Assembly (NCBI RefSeq): GCF_006345805.1
Contig: NC_043014.1
Location: forward strand, 37,324,001-37,388,000
Direction of reading: 5' to 3'
From: Octopus sinensis
Taxonomy: Eukaryota
DNA length: 64,000 nt
The translations under genes were made by a program, and so were the position numbers. Below the pieces are notes generated by a model, which was not told the origin of the DNA, made no database searches, and saw only the letters and a list, made by a program, of their open reading frames with translations. Positions 39,841-53,542 of this stretch are shown one piece after another. The stretch's first letter is position 1, and every line of letters starts with the position of its first letter.

Positions 39841-40929
39841 CTATGGAGAAAAAGAGATGAGACATATATAGTATATATAGTGTATCATTCAACTACAGCA
39901 TTAGTTGAATAATATTCTTAAGGACGCAATTTACACACATGCAGCACCTTTCAGAGCTTGTCACTAATTCAGTTCTTAACTAAATGGAAAACCAGTAGAT
40001 GAAAGTTGGTCCCGTAGAAAAATGTTTACAATAAGATTTGTTGTGACATTATAGGAGAGTATGTAACACCACCAGTCAAGTTTAGATCTAAATAAAGCAA
40101 AATATATTCATCTTAGCTTCAATGACAGAAGAAAGCCTGAAGAATTTCATAGTTTTGTGCCCATGCAACAAAAATTTGTATAAAAAAAGTTGGGAGGTAA
40201 AATATGAAAATTAATATAAGTAAGGCATAAAATTGGATTTAAGTATAAATAACTTTTTTGTTTTAAAAACAAGCTATATTTTAATCAACCCAAAAATGTC
40301 AAAATTTTTCTAGAGAATGAAATTGCCTGAAAATTCACAGATACTATTATTTTGACCTAAATATCAACTGAAAGAAATTTCATTGAAATCTGTTTAATAC
40401 CGATTGCATACACATTAATAACATCTTCCATACTGTGATACAGATCATACAGAAATCACAATTTGTATCAAGTATTTGCTTCACACCCTTTAAATTAAGT
40501 GTCAGTTGAAATGATTTTTTATAACCTATTTTCAACTTTCTAATTATTAATTAATAATTAAAAAAATATTTTAATTGAATTATTCTTTATTTTTAAAAGA
40601 AGTAACAAGCAATAACAAATAAATGTAATAACGTGTAATAAAATTTTTAGTTTTAATAAATGCTAATATTTTCTAAATCTAAATATTTCATTTGAACTTC
40701 TATCCTTAGCTGCAATATTTTAAGTAAAATCTTCTTGTTCTGCACTTTACCAGGTGTAATAACTAGTCCTGAACATGTCCAAGTGTGATAATAGGTCCTC
40801 TAATTTTCCAGGTTTATAAGCTTAAGAATATTATTTCTATTCCTCATATTTTTCCATGTAATATATATAGATAGTTAGGTTGAGATATACATATATATAC
40901 ACACATGCATCCATACAAGCATGTAGATA

Positions 40930-40982
<53 letters not shown>

Positions 40983-42101
40983 TGTATGTATAGGCCACAT
41001 GCTTACCAACTGGTCAGTCAGTCTCACTACACAGTGTTTATACAATAAACATGCTGAGTAAAATGTACATGTTAAGAATAATTATTGTAATAATAATAAC
41101 TAGCAGATCCCTTAAACGTTTGAAAGAATCAAAAGTCGACTTCATGGCTTATTTCTGAAAACTTTACCCTAAAACTCTAAAAGCGTAGCCTGGGTTGTGT
41201 TTGTGTGAAAAGATGGTAAACATTCATTTTAGAAATATATTCTTTATTCTCATTCTTGGAGCATTACTCCCTCATTTCCTTACTGACATGAAATTTCGTA
41301 ACATTTTACTTCACGACTCTTTTTCTACTTATTTTTGTTCAATGCAACTAGCGATTCTTAATTCCTCGTGCATTTTTCTATCATTTAAGACTAAGAAAAG
41401 TATACTTTTAATTTAAAATTTTAAAATTTATGTTAATTGAAGATGAATATCTGCCTACTGCTCATCACCCACCTTGAGGTCACATTATATTTTAATGTAA
41501 CTTTTTTCTACTGAACAAAGTCTCAAACTATTTATGCCAAACTATAGCTGAGGAGGTGTCCTCTTTAAAACTATTAACAGTTTGCAATTTAGTTGAGAAC
41601 TGAATTAGTAGTGAAGCTTGGAAGCTGCTGTGTTTGATGAAATGGTGGACTTGAGAATATATTCAGCCAGTACTGTGGTTGAATGATATTAGAACTTCTT
41701 GGAAGCTCACTAAAATTGCTGGCCTACATACATTATTCACATCATTTCTTATTATTGATCTCATCTTTTGTTCTTAATTTCATCATACTTTTACCTGGAA
41801 GTCTGCCACAAAAGGCAACAAAATAACCAGTAAAATCATATCTTTACCAAACATTTATGAAAAATCTGTATGTGATAGGCAAAGATTAAAACCATTATTG
41901 AAATCAGTATGATAAATGGTTCAGAATCACCTATAAGTAGACAATCATAATTTATTTCATTTAAAATTGCAGACTTGTGTAATAACAGATATTTATAAAT
42001 AATTGTGTTTGTATGTGTGTCTGTAAATGTTTTAAATATTTTTTCTTAGTGAAAACAATGCAATTTATAAATTTCAATAACACAGGTTGATGGTTACTTA
42101 C

Positions 42102-42143
42102 GTAAGGCATTGACTCCCTGCATCGAGTCTTTCTCATGCATAC
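42102..42143 (-). CDS. Micro-exon C1 (42 nt, VCMRKTRCRESMPY)
   Basis: cacttctttttctccatag|GTATGCATGAGAAAGACTCGATGCAGGGAGTCAATGCCTTAC|gtaagt. Confidence 0.7.
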
Positions 42144-42896
42144 CTATGGAGAAAAAGAAGTGATATATACATATATATATAGTGTATATATAGATAAATA
42201 TATACTCATACATAGAGACATGCACACACATGTGTGTGTTTGTGCATTCATACGTATAGGCTACATGTATATCAGCCAGTATCTTTTCTCTTTGTATAAT
42301 GTTTAAAAAGAAATATGTTGATGAAAATATACGTGTGTATTAATATGGCATTAATAATTAATTAGAATACTAATGTCTACATTTATGAATTTGTGTTGCA
42401 AGATTCCTTGTGTGAAACCGTGTGTTGAAAGATATTGCTGTACAAAAAGATATTGCTGTACTTTTTTCGTTTTTTGCCAAATAGATACGTGCACTATATA
42501 TTCGTTCTTCACACATTTATTACTGTTCTTACTCTAACTCATGTCCATCATCCGGAAACCTTTTGTCACACATCTGTGACCTCTTCAGCAACACTTACTG
42601 TATTTGTGTGTGCTCTGCTTATTCCATTCTAAGACCTCTTCAGTGACACTTTCCGTATTCGTGTGTGCTCTCGCTCTGCTTATTCCATTTTGTTCTTCTA
42701 TCGTGGGTCACATATAATGGGTCACATCATAGAAGAACAGAATGGAAGAAGAAGAACAAGAGCACACACAAATAAGGAAAGTGTTGCTGAAGAGGTTAGT
42801 TACAGATGTATGACGAAAGGTTTCTGGACGTTGGATGTTGGTTAAAATAGCAAGAGTAATAAACAAGTGAAGAGCAAATATATAGTGCACGTGTCT

Positions 42897-43070
42897 ATCA
42901 TCATCATCATCGTCGTTTAACGTCCGTTCTCCATGCTAGCATGGGTTGGACGGTTCGACCGGGGTTCTGGGAAGCCAGAAGGCTGCACCAGGCTCCAGTC
43001 TAATTTGGCAATGTTTCTACAGCTGGATGCCCTTCCTGACGCCAACCACTCCGTGAGTGTAGTGGGTGCT
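42897..43070 (-). mobile_element. RTE-tail fragment inserted into a module
   Basis: (CAT)n-CGTTTAACGTCCG..CCATGCTAGCATGGG; the module sequence resumes at ATTTGGCATGAAAATG. Confidence 0.8.
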
Positions 43071-43437
43071 TATATTTGGCATGAAAATGAAAAAAAGATG
43101 ACCATCCCAAAATACAACAGTACAATAATAATAATTGAATACTATGACTTGTTCTTGTAAGCTCACTTAACTGCGTAGCCTACATACATTATCCACATCT
43201 TTTTTATTATTGTTCTTAAATTCATCAAACTTTTACCTAAAGGTCTGCCACAGAAGGCAATGAATGACAAGAAAAATCATCATATCTTTAGCAGCCATTT
43301 ATGGAAAATCTGCCTGTGATAGGTGAAAACTAAAGACATACTTGAAATTAGCATAAAAATAGTTCCGAATCATGGAATCACATATAATCAAACAATCAGC
43401 ACTTATGTGATTTAGAAATACAGACTTGTGTAATCAT

Positions 43438-43475
<38 letters not shown>

Positions 43476-43523
43476 TATATAACAAAGTTGAGTTGTGGGG
43501 TACCGCACGAGTGGAATTATATA

Positions 43524-45176
43524 CGAAAGAAGGTTTGAAAATGCAATTTAAAAGATGTTTATTCACTTTACCGGTTTCACTCTTTGGAAAAAGATTGTCA
43601 AAAGTAACATGTGGAAGTTTGGTTGCGTTAATTATTGGTTGTTGCAAATTGCTACATTACATATATATATACAGACTTTGGTAACAGGGACATGTTAAGG
43701 ACATAAAAAAGTTCAACAAGTTCCTTAAAATATTGGGCAAAAAAGATTATATAAATAATCGTTCTCAAGGACATACTTAAGATAGTTTCCAGAAGGAATT
43801 GATATTGGTACTGTATCTGTATATTTAAACATGCACAGAATATTGGTTGACACAATATAAATATACAGTCTTTGGTGACAATAGTATGTTGAGAATATAA
43901 AAAAGTTTAACAAGCTCATTGAAAAAATGGGCAGAAAAGATTAAAACAAATATATTATACATCTGAGGGTAATTTCCAGGAGGAATTATTAAAAAAAAGT
44001 TCAGTATACACATACAGAATATTATGAGTTCAAAAAGATTTACATTAATGTAGTGGTGAGGTTGTTACTAACCTGTCCGTTTTAGCAGAAATGTGGAATA
44101 AGACGCGCACGCACACGCGCGCACACGGGCAGGCACGCATATACACACACCATCCTACCCCCAAAAATTCTTTAAACAACACACATCTATTTACACCACC
44201 CTGGAACAAATCAAAAACAGCCCCCACGCACACACAGACACATGTATACGTGTATGTGCACGCACACAGGGACACACACACTCACACCAATCTCACCTCC
44301 ATACAGGCACATATATACACACGCAGCACCATGTCAAATGCCATCCACACACATACATGCGTACACACGCACACACACACACAACACCATGACAACCACA
44401 CACGCGGTTGACAAACAGACACCATCTGACCAAATACTACAGACACACAGACACATCTATTCACACCACATGTATATGTATGCACACACACATACACGCA
44501 GAGACTCACATATTCACCTCATCCTAACCCCAAAATCATTGATGCTTGAAGGAGAGCCAAAAAGAGAAAAAAATGGGTACATTCTATTCAATTCCACATT
44601 TCTGCTAAAACGTACAGGTTAGTAACAACCTCACCACTACATTAATGTAAATCTTTTTGAACTCATAATAGTCTGTGTGTATACTGAACTTTTTTTAATA
44701 ATTCCTCCTGGAAATTACCCTGAGATGTATAATATATTTGTTTTAATCTTTTCTGCCCATTTTTTTCAATGAGCTTGTTAAACTTTTTTATATTCTCAAC
44801 ATACTGTTGTCACCAAAGACTGTATATTTATATGGATTATAGTACTCTGTGTCAACCAATATTCTGTGCATGTTTGAATATACAGATACAGTACCAATAT
44901 CAATTCCTTCTGGAAACTATCTTAAGTATGTCCTTGAGAACGATTATTTATGTAATCTTTTTTGCCCAATATTTTAAGGAACTTGTTGAACTTTTTTATG
45001 TCCTTAACATGTCCCTGTTACCAAAGACTGTATATATATATGTAATGTAGCAATTTGCAACAACCAATAATTAACGCAACCAAACTTCCACATGTTACTT
45101 TTGATAATCTTTTTCCAAAGAGTGAAACCGGTAAAGTGAATAAACATCTTTTAAATCGCATTTTCAAACCTTCTTT

Positions 45177-45178
<2 letters not shown>
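43524..45178. mobile_element. Foldback-like element: about 590-bp inverted arms around a 480-bp CA-rich spacer
   Basis: TA|CGAAAGAAGGTTTGAAAATGC ... CGCATTTTCAAACCTTCTTTTG|TA. Arms 43524-44102 and about 44585-45178 are reverse complements with internal sub-repeats. A related terminus lies at about 28470-28578. Confidence 0.85.
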
Positions 45179-45215
<37 letters not shown>

Positions 45216-45542
45216 ATAATTGTGTGTGTGTGTGTGCAAGTGTTTGTATGTATATATGTGTGTGTGTGTGTATATTTAAGTGTGCATGTGTATGTGTGTA
45301 TGTATATATATATATAGATAGATAGATATAGATATATATGAAAAACTTTTCCAATCTTCTTTGTGCTGAGGACAAGAAGCTTGTGCTTCAAATTGTAAGA
45401 CAGTGTCTGAGAGAAAATTGTGATGTCATTGGAGAGAAATGTGTCCACATGGACGATGTCTCACTTGCATTCAATGATGCTGCAAAAGAGAGACTGGGAG
45501 ATGCCACTATGTAAGGTTGATTTAGAAGTACAGACTTGTGTA

Positions 45543-45544
<2 letters not shown>

Positions 45545-45579
<35 letters not shown>

Positions 45580-45596
45580 TCATCATCATATATATG

Positions 45597-45627
<31 letters not shown>

Positions 45628-45694
45628 GTATGTATATATATATATATGTATATATATGTATGTATGTATATATATATATGTATATATATGTATG

Positions 45695-45725
<31 letters not shown>

Positions 45726-45845
45726 GTATATATATATATGTATATATATATATATTATATATATATATATATATGTATATATATGTATGTATATATATAT
45801 ATGTATATATATGTATGTATATATATATATGTATATATATGTATG

Positions 45846-45933
<88 letters not shown>

Positions 45934-46085
45934 TAAATGTATATATATATAGATATATGTATATATATATATATAAATGTATATATATATAGATATATGT
46001 ATATATATATAGATATATGTATATATTATATATATATAAATAATTATGTGTTTGTGTGTGTATATGTATATATATATAGATATAT
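45545..46085. repeat. Long (TA)n/(TATG)n microsatellite array
   Basis: Direct inspection. Similar arrays at 28580-28760, 33300-33490 and 34200-34250. Confidence 0.95.
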
Positions 46086-46410
46086 ATGAAAAAATATGCA
46101 GCATATTAATAGGTCAGAGTACTTGATTCCATGAAAAAATTTAATTTTTTTGTTTTTTCTTAGTGAAAATCATGTGGGTGTTAATATAGAAATTGACTAT
46201 AATATTGTTGTTTTTAGCCTCAAATAAGCCCTGATACTGCAAACGTATCATCAAAGACATTCCACCCTTCAGCAAACCATCTTTTTAGGCATAATCTAAG
46301 ACATTACATACATGTGATACTTTGGCTGTATTTTTCAGCATGTCGAGCGACTAGGTAGAGGCCTTTTCATTCGTTCGATTGTGTGCTGAGATTTTTTTAC
46401 ACATATATGT

Positions 46411-49400
46411 CATCATCATCATTTAGTGTCCGTTTTCCATGCTAACATGGGTTGGACGGTTCAACTGGGGTCTGTGAAGCCAGAAGGCTGCATCAGGCCC
46501 AGTCTGATCTGGCAGTGTTTCTACGGCTGGATGCCCTTCCTAACGCCAACCACTCCGCGAGTGTAGTGGGTGCTTTTTACGTGCCACCCGCACAGGAGCC
46601 AAACGGAGCTGGCAAACGGCCATGAACGGATTGTGCATTTACGTGCCACCGGCACTGGGGCCGGACGAGGCTGGCAACGGACACAAACGGATGGTGCTTT
46701 AACGTGCCACCGGCACGGAGGCCAGTCGTGGCGGCACTGTCAACAACCACGAAAGGATGGTGCTTTTTACTTGCCACCGGCACGGGGGCAGGGCGACACT
46801 GGCAACGGCCACGAACAGATAGTGCTTTTTACGTGCCACCGGCACGGGGGCCAGACGAGGCTGGCAACGGCCACGAACGGATGGTGCTTTTTACGTGTCA
46901 CCAGCATGGAGGCCAGTCGGGGCGGCGCTGGCAACGGCCACGATCGGATGGTTCGCTTACTTGTCACCGGCACTGGTATCACAGCCGCAGTTTCCATTGA
47001 TGTTGATCGACTTCGATTTTGGTTCTGCTTTCTGATATCTTCACAAGTGGAGTTTTGTGTCCCAAGAAGGAAAGGTATGTATAAGTCGACTGGCTACATA
47101 CCAGGTAGAAGCCACAGGTTATGTCTCACTAGTCTTGCCGGGTCTTCTCACGCACAGCATATTTCCATAGGTCTCGGTCTCTAGTAATTTCCTTGGTGAG
47201 ACCTAAAGTGTGAAGGTCGTGCTTCACCACCTCGTCCCAGGTTTTCCTGGGTCTACCTCTTCCACAGGTTCCCTCAACTGCTAGGGTGTGGCACTTTTGC
47301 ACACAACTATCTTCAGCCATTCTCATCACGTGACCATACCAGCGCAAACTTCTCTCTTGCACACCACAACTGATGCTTCTTAGGTCCAACTTTTCTCTCA
47401 AGGTACTTACACTCTGTCGATTATGAACACTGACATTACACATCCATCGGAGCATACTGGCTTCATTTCTTGCGAGCTTACGCATATATATCCTCAGCAG
47501 TCACGGCCCATGTTTCACTCCCATGTAGCATGGCTGTACGTACACATGCATCATACAGTCTGCCTTTTACTCTGAGTGAGAGGCCTTTTGTCACCAGCAG
47601 GGGTAAGAGCTCTCTAAACTTTGCCCAGGCTATTCTTACTCTAGCAGTTACACTTTCAGCACACCCACCCCCGCTACTGACTTGGTCACCTAGGTAGCAG
47701 AAGCTATCAACTACTTCTAGTTTGTCTCCCTGGAACGTGGTAGAAGTTGGTCTCTGCACATTTCCAGTGTTTATTGCTCCTGAGCATCTACCACAGACAA
47801 AAACTATTTTCCTAGTTAGCCTTCCTTTGACATTGCTGCACCTCTTATGTGTCCATAGCTTACACTTGGTGCATCTTATAGAGTTTCTACTTACACCTTT
47901 TTTACAGATCGACCAGGGCCATCTACCTGAAGTCATTTGTGATTGGTCTACCTTCCTACTTATTAGGACTTTGGTTTTGGCTAGGTTGATTCTAAGGCCC
48001 TTCGATTCTAATCCTTGTTTCCACACCTGAAACTTCTCCTTCAGTTCTGATAGTGACTCAGCAATTAGAGCAAGGTAATCAGCATAGAGGAGCTCCCAGG
48101 GGCATCCTGTCTTGAATTCCTCCATTATTGCCTGGAGGACTATGATAAATAGGAGGGGACTGAGGACTGAACCTTGGTGGACCCCAACCTCTACCCGGAA
48201 TTCTTCACTGTACTCGTTGCCAACCCTCACCTTACTAGCAGCGTCTCTGTACATGGCTCGCACAACTCTCACTAACCATTCATCTATCCCCAGTTTCCTT
48301 ATTGACCACCAGATAAGGGATCGGGGGACCCCGTCGAAGGCTTTCTGCATGTCAACAAAAACCAGGTACAGGGGCTTATCTTTGGCTAGGTATTTCTCCT
48401 GCAGCTGTCTTACCAGGAATATAGCATCAGTAGTACTTTTCCCTGGCACGAACCCAAACTGCATCTGATCTAAGCTAACTCTCTCTCTAATTAGGTGGGC
48501 TATGACCCTCTCCGTAACCTTCATTACCTGATCCAGCAGCTTGATACCCCTGTGGTTATTTGTATCTAGGGCGTCACCTTTACCTTTGTAGCAGTTGACT
48601 ATTATGCTGCTACACCAGTCATTGGGTATGACTCCTTCGTGTATCACCTGGTTAACTATACGGGTAACTAGGCTATAGCCGACACTACCAGATATTTTGA
48701 GCATCTCTGCAGTAATTCCTGATGGGCCTGGGGCTTTCCCTGTTTTCATGCTTGTAATTGCCTTAACTACTAAGGAACAGTCAACTCGGATTGCTGGTCC
48801 CTCTGTTGGGTCGACATTAGGCCGACTCTCTTTATCCCATTCATTTTCCTCATTCAGCAACCTTTCATAGTGGCGTCTCCAAACCTCTCTCTTTGTATCC
48901 TCATTTAGCGCAAGTGAACCGTCATCCTTGCGAACACATTTCTCTACTACCATGTCACGATTCTCCCTCACACACTGTCTTGCAACACGAAATACCTCAA
49001 GTCTTTCATCCTCACGGCGCAGCACCTTGGCAAATTTTTTCTTATCTGCTTCCCCTCTGGCTAAATACACCTGCCTCCTAGCTTCCCTTCTGGCAGTCTG
49101 ATACACTTCCCTGCTACCACCATTCTTCCAGTCCTTCCAAGCCTGTTTCTTTTGTCTAATAGCCCTGTCAACAATATTGTTCCACCACCACGTTATTTTG
49201 GGTCTTGAGGGGACTTTGCACCAGCCACAGATCTGGTCAGTAGCTTTCAGCAGGTTGTCCCTCAGAAGCGTCCAGTTGTATTCTACCCCATGTGTAGCTA
49301 TACCTCCCTCTATTTCGTCAAAGGCTTCAAGTAACATGTCTCTAAATCTCTGTCCATTCGCAGGGTCTTTAAGCTTCCAGACCCTTCTTCTCCATGTTGG

Positions 49401-49606
49401 TCATCTTCTAGTCGTCCTCTTAGTCCTGATCCTAAAGTCACTAACTACCAGTCTCTGTTGTGGGGTGCATTCTTCGCCTGGGAATGTTTTGGCATTTATA
49501 AGCAGCCATCTTTCCCTATTTCTGGCAAGGATGTAGTCGATTTGGCTAGTATGCCGGCCCGATCGGTAGGTGACCAGGTGGCTTGTCGGTTTCCTGAAGT
49601 TATGTA
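46411..49606 (-). mobile_element. RTE-clade LINE, about 3.2 kb, truncated in the endonuclease domain, lightly disabled
   Basis: HLVTYRSGRHTSQIDYIL (EN), RGIKLLDQVMK..QFGFVPGKSTTDAIF..GVHQGSVLSPLLF..LYADYLAL (RT; catalytic D>Y). Frameshifts near 49400 and 47485; 3' UTR minisatellite and (CAT)n tail at 46411. Confidence 0.95.
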
Positions 49607-49609
49607 ATA

Positions 49610-49671
<62 letters not shown>

Positions 49672-51103
49672 CATCGGCAGAAGTTAGAAAGTAAGTCGAA
49701 AGCTGAGATTGCATGTATTGGCACTTATCTAACACGAATTTGTCCATTGTCACTCTGTAACTTCTGACGAAATAACTTCTAAAATACAAGATTTTGTCAA
49801 AAACGTAAAGAGTAAACCCTATTCTATGTGACACATTCTACCAGAATCAGAAGTCTGAAAGTGTTTAGTTAAAAGAAATTAATTAAATAATGTGTATGTC
49901 TAATTGAATAGATCCAAAATGGATGAATGGCAAAGTCGACCTCTGCGGAATTTGAACTCAGAACGTAAATACAGATGAAATGCCGCTTCTAAAATACAAA
50001 ATTTTATCAAAAACATTAAGAATAAACCCTGTTCTATGTGACATATTCTACCAGTATCGGAAGTTTGAAAGTGTTTAGTTGAAAAAAATTAATTAAATAA
50101 TCTGTACATCAAAGTCGACCTCGCTGAAATTTGAACTAAAAAATGTAAAGACAAATGAAATACCATTGAGCATTTCGCCTGGCACGCTATCGTTTCTACC
50201 AGCTCACTGCCTTAGAAAGTAACCATTCATTTTAGAAATATACTCTTTATTCTTATTGCTTAAGCATTACTCCCTTACTCCCTTACTGACATGAAATTTC
50301 GTAACATTTTACTTCATAACTCTTTTTCTACTCATTTTTGTTCAATGCAACTAGCGATTCTCAATTCCTCGTGCATTTTTCTATCATTTAAGACTAACAA
50401 AAGTATACTTTAAATATAAAATTTTAAAATTTATGTTAATTGAAGATGAATATCTGCCTACTTCTCCCCACCCAATTTGAGGTCACATTATATTTTAATG
50501 TAACTTTCTTTCTACTGAACCAAGTCTAAACCTATTTATGCCAAACTATAGCTGAGGAGGTGACCTCTGTAAAACTATTAACAGTTTGCAATTTCGTTGA
50601 GAACTGAATTAGTGGTGAAGCTTGGAAGCTGCTATGTTTGATAAAATGGTGGACTTGAGAATATATTCAGCCAGTACTGTGGTTGAATGATATTAGAACT
50701 TCTTGGAAGCTCAATCAAATTGCTGGCCTACATACGTTATTCACATCATTTCTTATTATTGATCTCGTCTTTTGTTCTTAATTTCATTATACTTTTACCT
50801 GGAAGTCTGCCACAAAAGGCAACAAAATAACCAGTAAAATCATATCTTTACCAAACATTTATAAAAAATCTGTATGTGATGGGCAAAGATTAAAACCATT
50901 ATTGAAATCAGTATGAAAAATTATTCAGAATCACCTATAAGTAGACAATCATAATTTATTTCATTTAAAATTGCAGACTTGTGTAATCATAGATATTTAT
51001 AAATAACTGTGTTTGTGTGTGTGTGTGTGTGTAAATGTTTTTTTTTCCAAGTGAAAACAATGCAATTAATAAATATTAATAACACAGATTGCTGGTTACT
51101 TAC

Positions 51104-51135
51104 GGGTATGCTTTATGATAGTTTCTCGGGTATAC
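51104..51135 (-). CDS. Micro-exon C2 (32 nt as assembled, VYPRNYHKAY+CC)
   Basis: cacttctttttctccatag|GTATACCCGAGAAACTATCATAAAGCATACCC|gtaagt. Splice sites intact, but one base short of 33. Confidence 0.45.
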
Positions 51136-53466
51136 CTATGGAGAAAAAGAAGTGAGATATATATATGTATAGATATATATATATATATATATAGATATAT
51201 ATATTATATATATATATATATAAATATATGTATATATTTATATATATAAATATATATATAGAGAGCGAGAGTGAGATAAATATATACTCATACATAGAGA
51301 CATGCACACACATGTGTGTATTTGTGCATTCTTATGTATAGGCCACATGTATATCAGCCAGAATCTTTTCTCTTTGTATAATGTTTAAAAAGAAATATGC
51401 TGATGAAAATATACGTGTGTATTAATATGGCATTAATAATTAATTAGAATAATAATTTCTACATTTATGAATTTGTGTTACAAGATTCCTTGTGTGAAAC
51501 CGTGTGTTGAAAGATATTGCTGTATATGGGGATGGTCATATTTTTTTGATTTTTGCCAAATAGATACGTGCACTATATATTCGTTCTTCACACATTTATT
51601 ACTGTTCTTACTCTAACTCAAGTCCATCATCCAGAAACCTTTTGTCACACATCCGTGACCTCTTCAGCAGCACTTACTGTATTTGTGTATGCTCTGCTTA
51701 TTCCATTCTAACACCTCTTCAGTGACACTTGCCGTATTCGTGTGTGCTCTTGCTCTGCTTATTCCATTCTGTTCTTCTATCGTGGGTCACATATGATGGG
51801 TCACATCATAGAAGAACAGAATGGAATAAGCAGAACAAGAGCACACACAAATAAGGAAAGTGTTGCTGAAGAGGTTAGCTACAGATGTATGACGAAAGGT
51901 TTCTGGACGTTGGATGTTGGTTAAAATAGCAAGAGTAATAAACAAGTGAAGAGCAAATATATAGTGCATGTGTCTATTTGGCATGAAAATGAAAAAAGAT
52001 GACCATCCCAAAATACAACAATACAATAATAATAATTGAATACTATGACTTGTTCTTGTAAGCTCACTTAACTGTGTAGCCTACATACATTATCCACATC
52101 TTTTTTATTATTGTTCTTAAATTCATCATACTTTTACCTAAAGGTCTGCCACAGAAGGCAATGAATGACAAGAAAAATCATCATATCTTTAGCAGCCATT
52201 TATGGAGAATCTGCCTGTGATAGGTGAAAACTAAAGACATACTTGAAATTAGCATAAAAAATAGTTCTGAATCACGGAATCACATATACGCAAACAATCA
52301 GCACTTATTTGATTTAGAAGTACAGACTTGTATAATCGTAGATATATATATATATAAATAATTGTGTGTGTGTGTGTGTGCATGCATGTCTGTGTGTGTG
52401 TGTGTGCAAGTGTTTTTATGTATATATATGTGTGTGTGTGTATATTTAAGTGTGTATGTGTGTGTGTGTGTATGTATATATATATATATATAGATAGATA
52501 TAGATATATATGAAAAAATACTGTTAAGCATTTCGCCTGGCACGCTATCGTTTCTACCAGCTCACTGCCTTAGACAGTAAACATTCATTTTAGAAATATA
52601 TTCTTTATTCTTATTGCTTAAGCATTACTCCCTTACTTCCTTACTGACATGAAATTTCGTAACATTTTACTTCATAACTCTTTTTCTACTCATTTTTGTT
52701 CAATGCAACTAGCGATTCTCAATTCCTCGTGCATTTTTCTATCATTTAAGACTAACAAAAGTATACTTTAAATATAAAATTTTAAAATTTATGTTAATTG
52801 AAGATGAATATCTGCCTACTTCTCCCCACCCAATTTGAGGTCACATTATATTTTAATGTAACTTTTTTTCTACTGAACCAACTCTCAAACTATTTATGCC
52901 AAACTATAGCTGAGGAGGTGTCCTCTTTAAAACTATTAACAGTTTGCAATTTAGTTGAGAACTGAATTAGTGGTGAAGCTTGGAAGCTGCTGTGTTTGAT
53001 GAAATGGTGGACTTGAGAATATATTCAGCCAGTACTGTGGTTGAATGATATTAGAACTTCTTGGAAGCTCAATCAAATTGCTGGCCTACATACGTTATTC
53101 ACATCATTTCTTATTATTGATCTCGTCTTTTGTTCTTAATTTCATTATACGTTTACCTAGAAGTCTGCCACAAAAGGCAACAAAATAACCAGTAAAATCA
53201 TATCTTTACCAAACATTTATGAAAAATCTGTATGTGATAGGCAAAGATTAAAACCATTATTGAAATCAGTATGAAAAATGGTTCAGAATCATCTATAAGT
53301 AGACAATCATAATTTATTTCATTTAAAATTGCAAACTTGTGTAATCATAGATATTTATAAATAACTGTGTTTGTGTGTGTGTGTGTGTAAATGTTTTAAA
53401 TATTTTTTTCTAAGTGAAAACAATGCAATTAATAAATATTAATAACACAGGTTGATGGTTACTTAC

Positions 53467-53502
53467 ATCGTACATTACTTGTCCATCATATCCTCGGAAT
53501 TC
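53467..53502 (-). CDS. Micro-exon C3 (36 nt, EFRGYDGQVMYD)
   Basis: cacttccttttctccatag|GAATTCCGAGGATATGATGGACAAGTAATGTACGAT|gtaagt. Only phase 0 is open. Confidence 0.75.
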
Positions 53503-53542
53503 CTATGGAGAAAAGGAAGTGAGATATATATATATAGATATA

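Larger units (their letters stand above)
34432..41962. repeat. Two tandem copies of a 3.7-3.8 kb intronic unit (34432-38250, 38251-41962), with a further partial copy to about 43450
   Basis: Near-colinear identity of non-coding sequence, e.g. AAATTGCA[G/A]ACTTGTGTAAT at 34432, 38251 and 41963. Each unit has two micro-exon cassettes. Confidence 0.95.

Noticed and set aside
42785-42835. Hammerhead-like CTGAAGAG..GACGAAA in the module hairpins
   Set aside because: Stems I and III cannot be formed convincingly, and several copies have AAAA in place of GAAA; at most a decayed relic.
45420-46104. Ile/Tyr-rich ORFs here and at 28.5, 33.2 and 49.5 kb
   Set aside because: (TA)n microsatellite artefacts.
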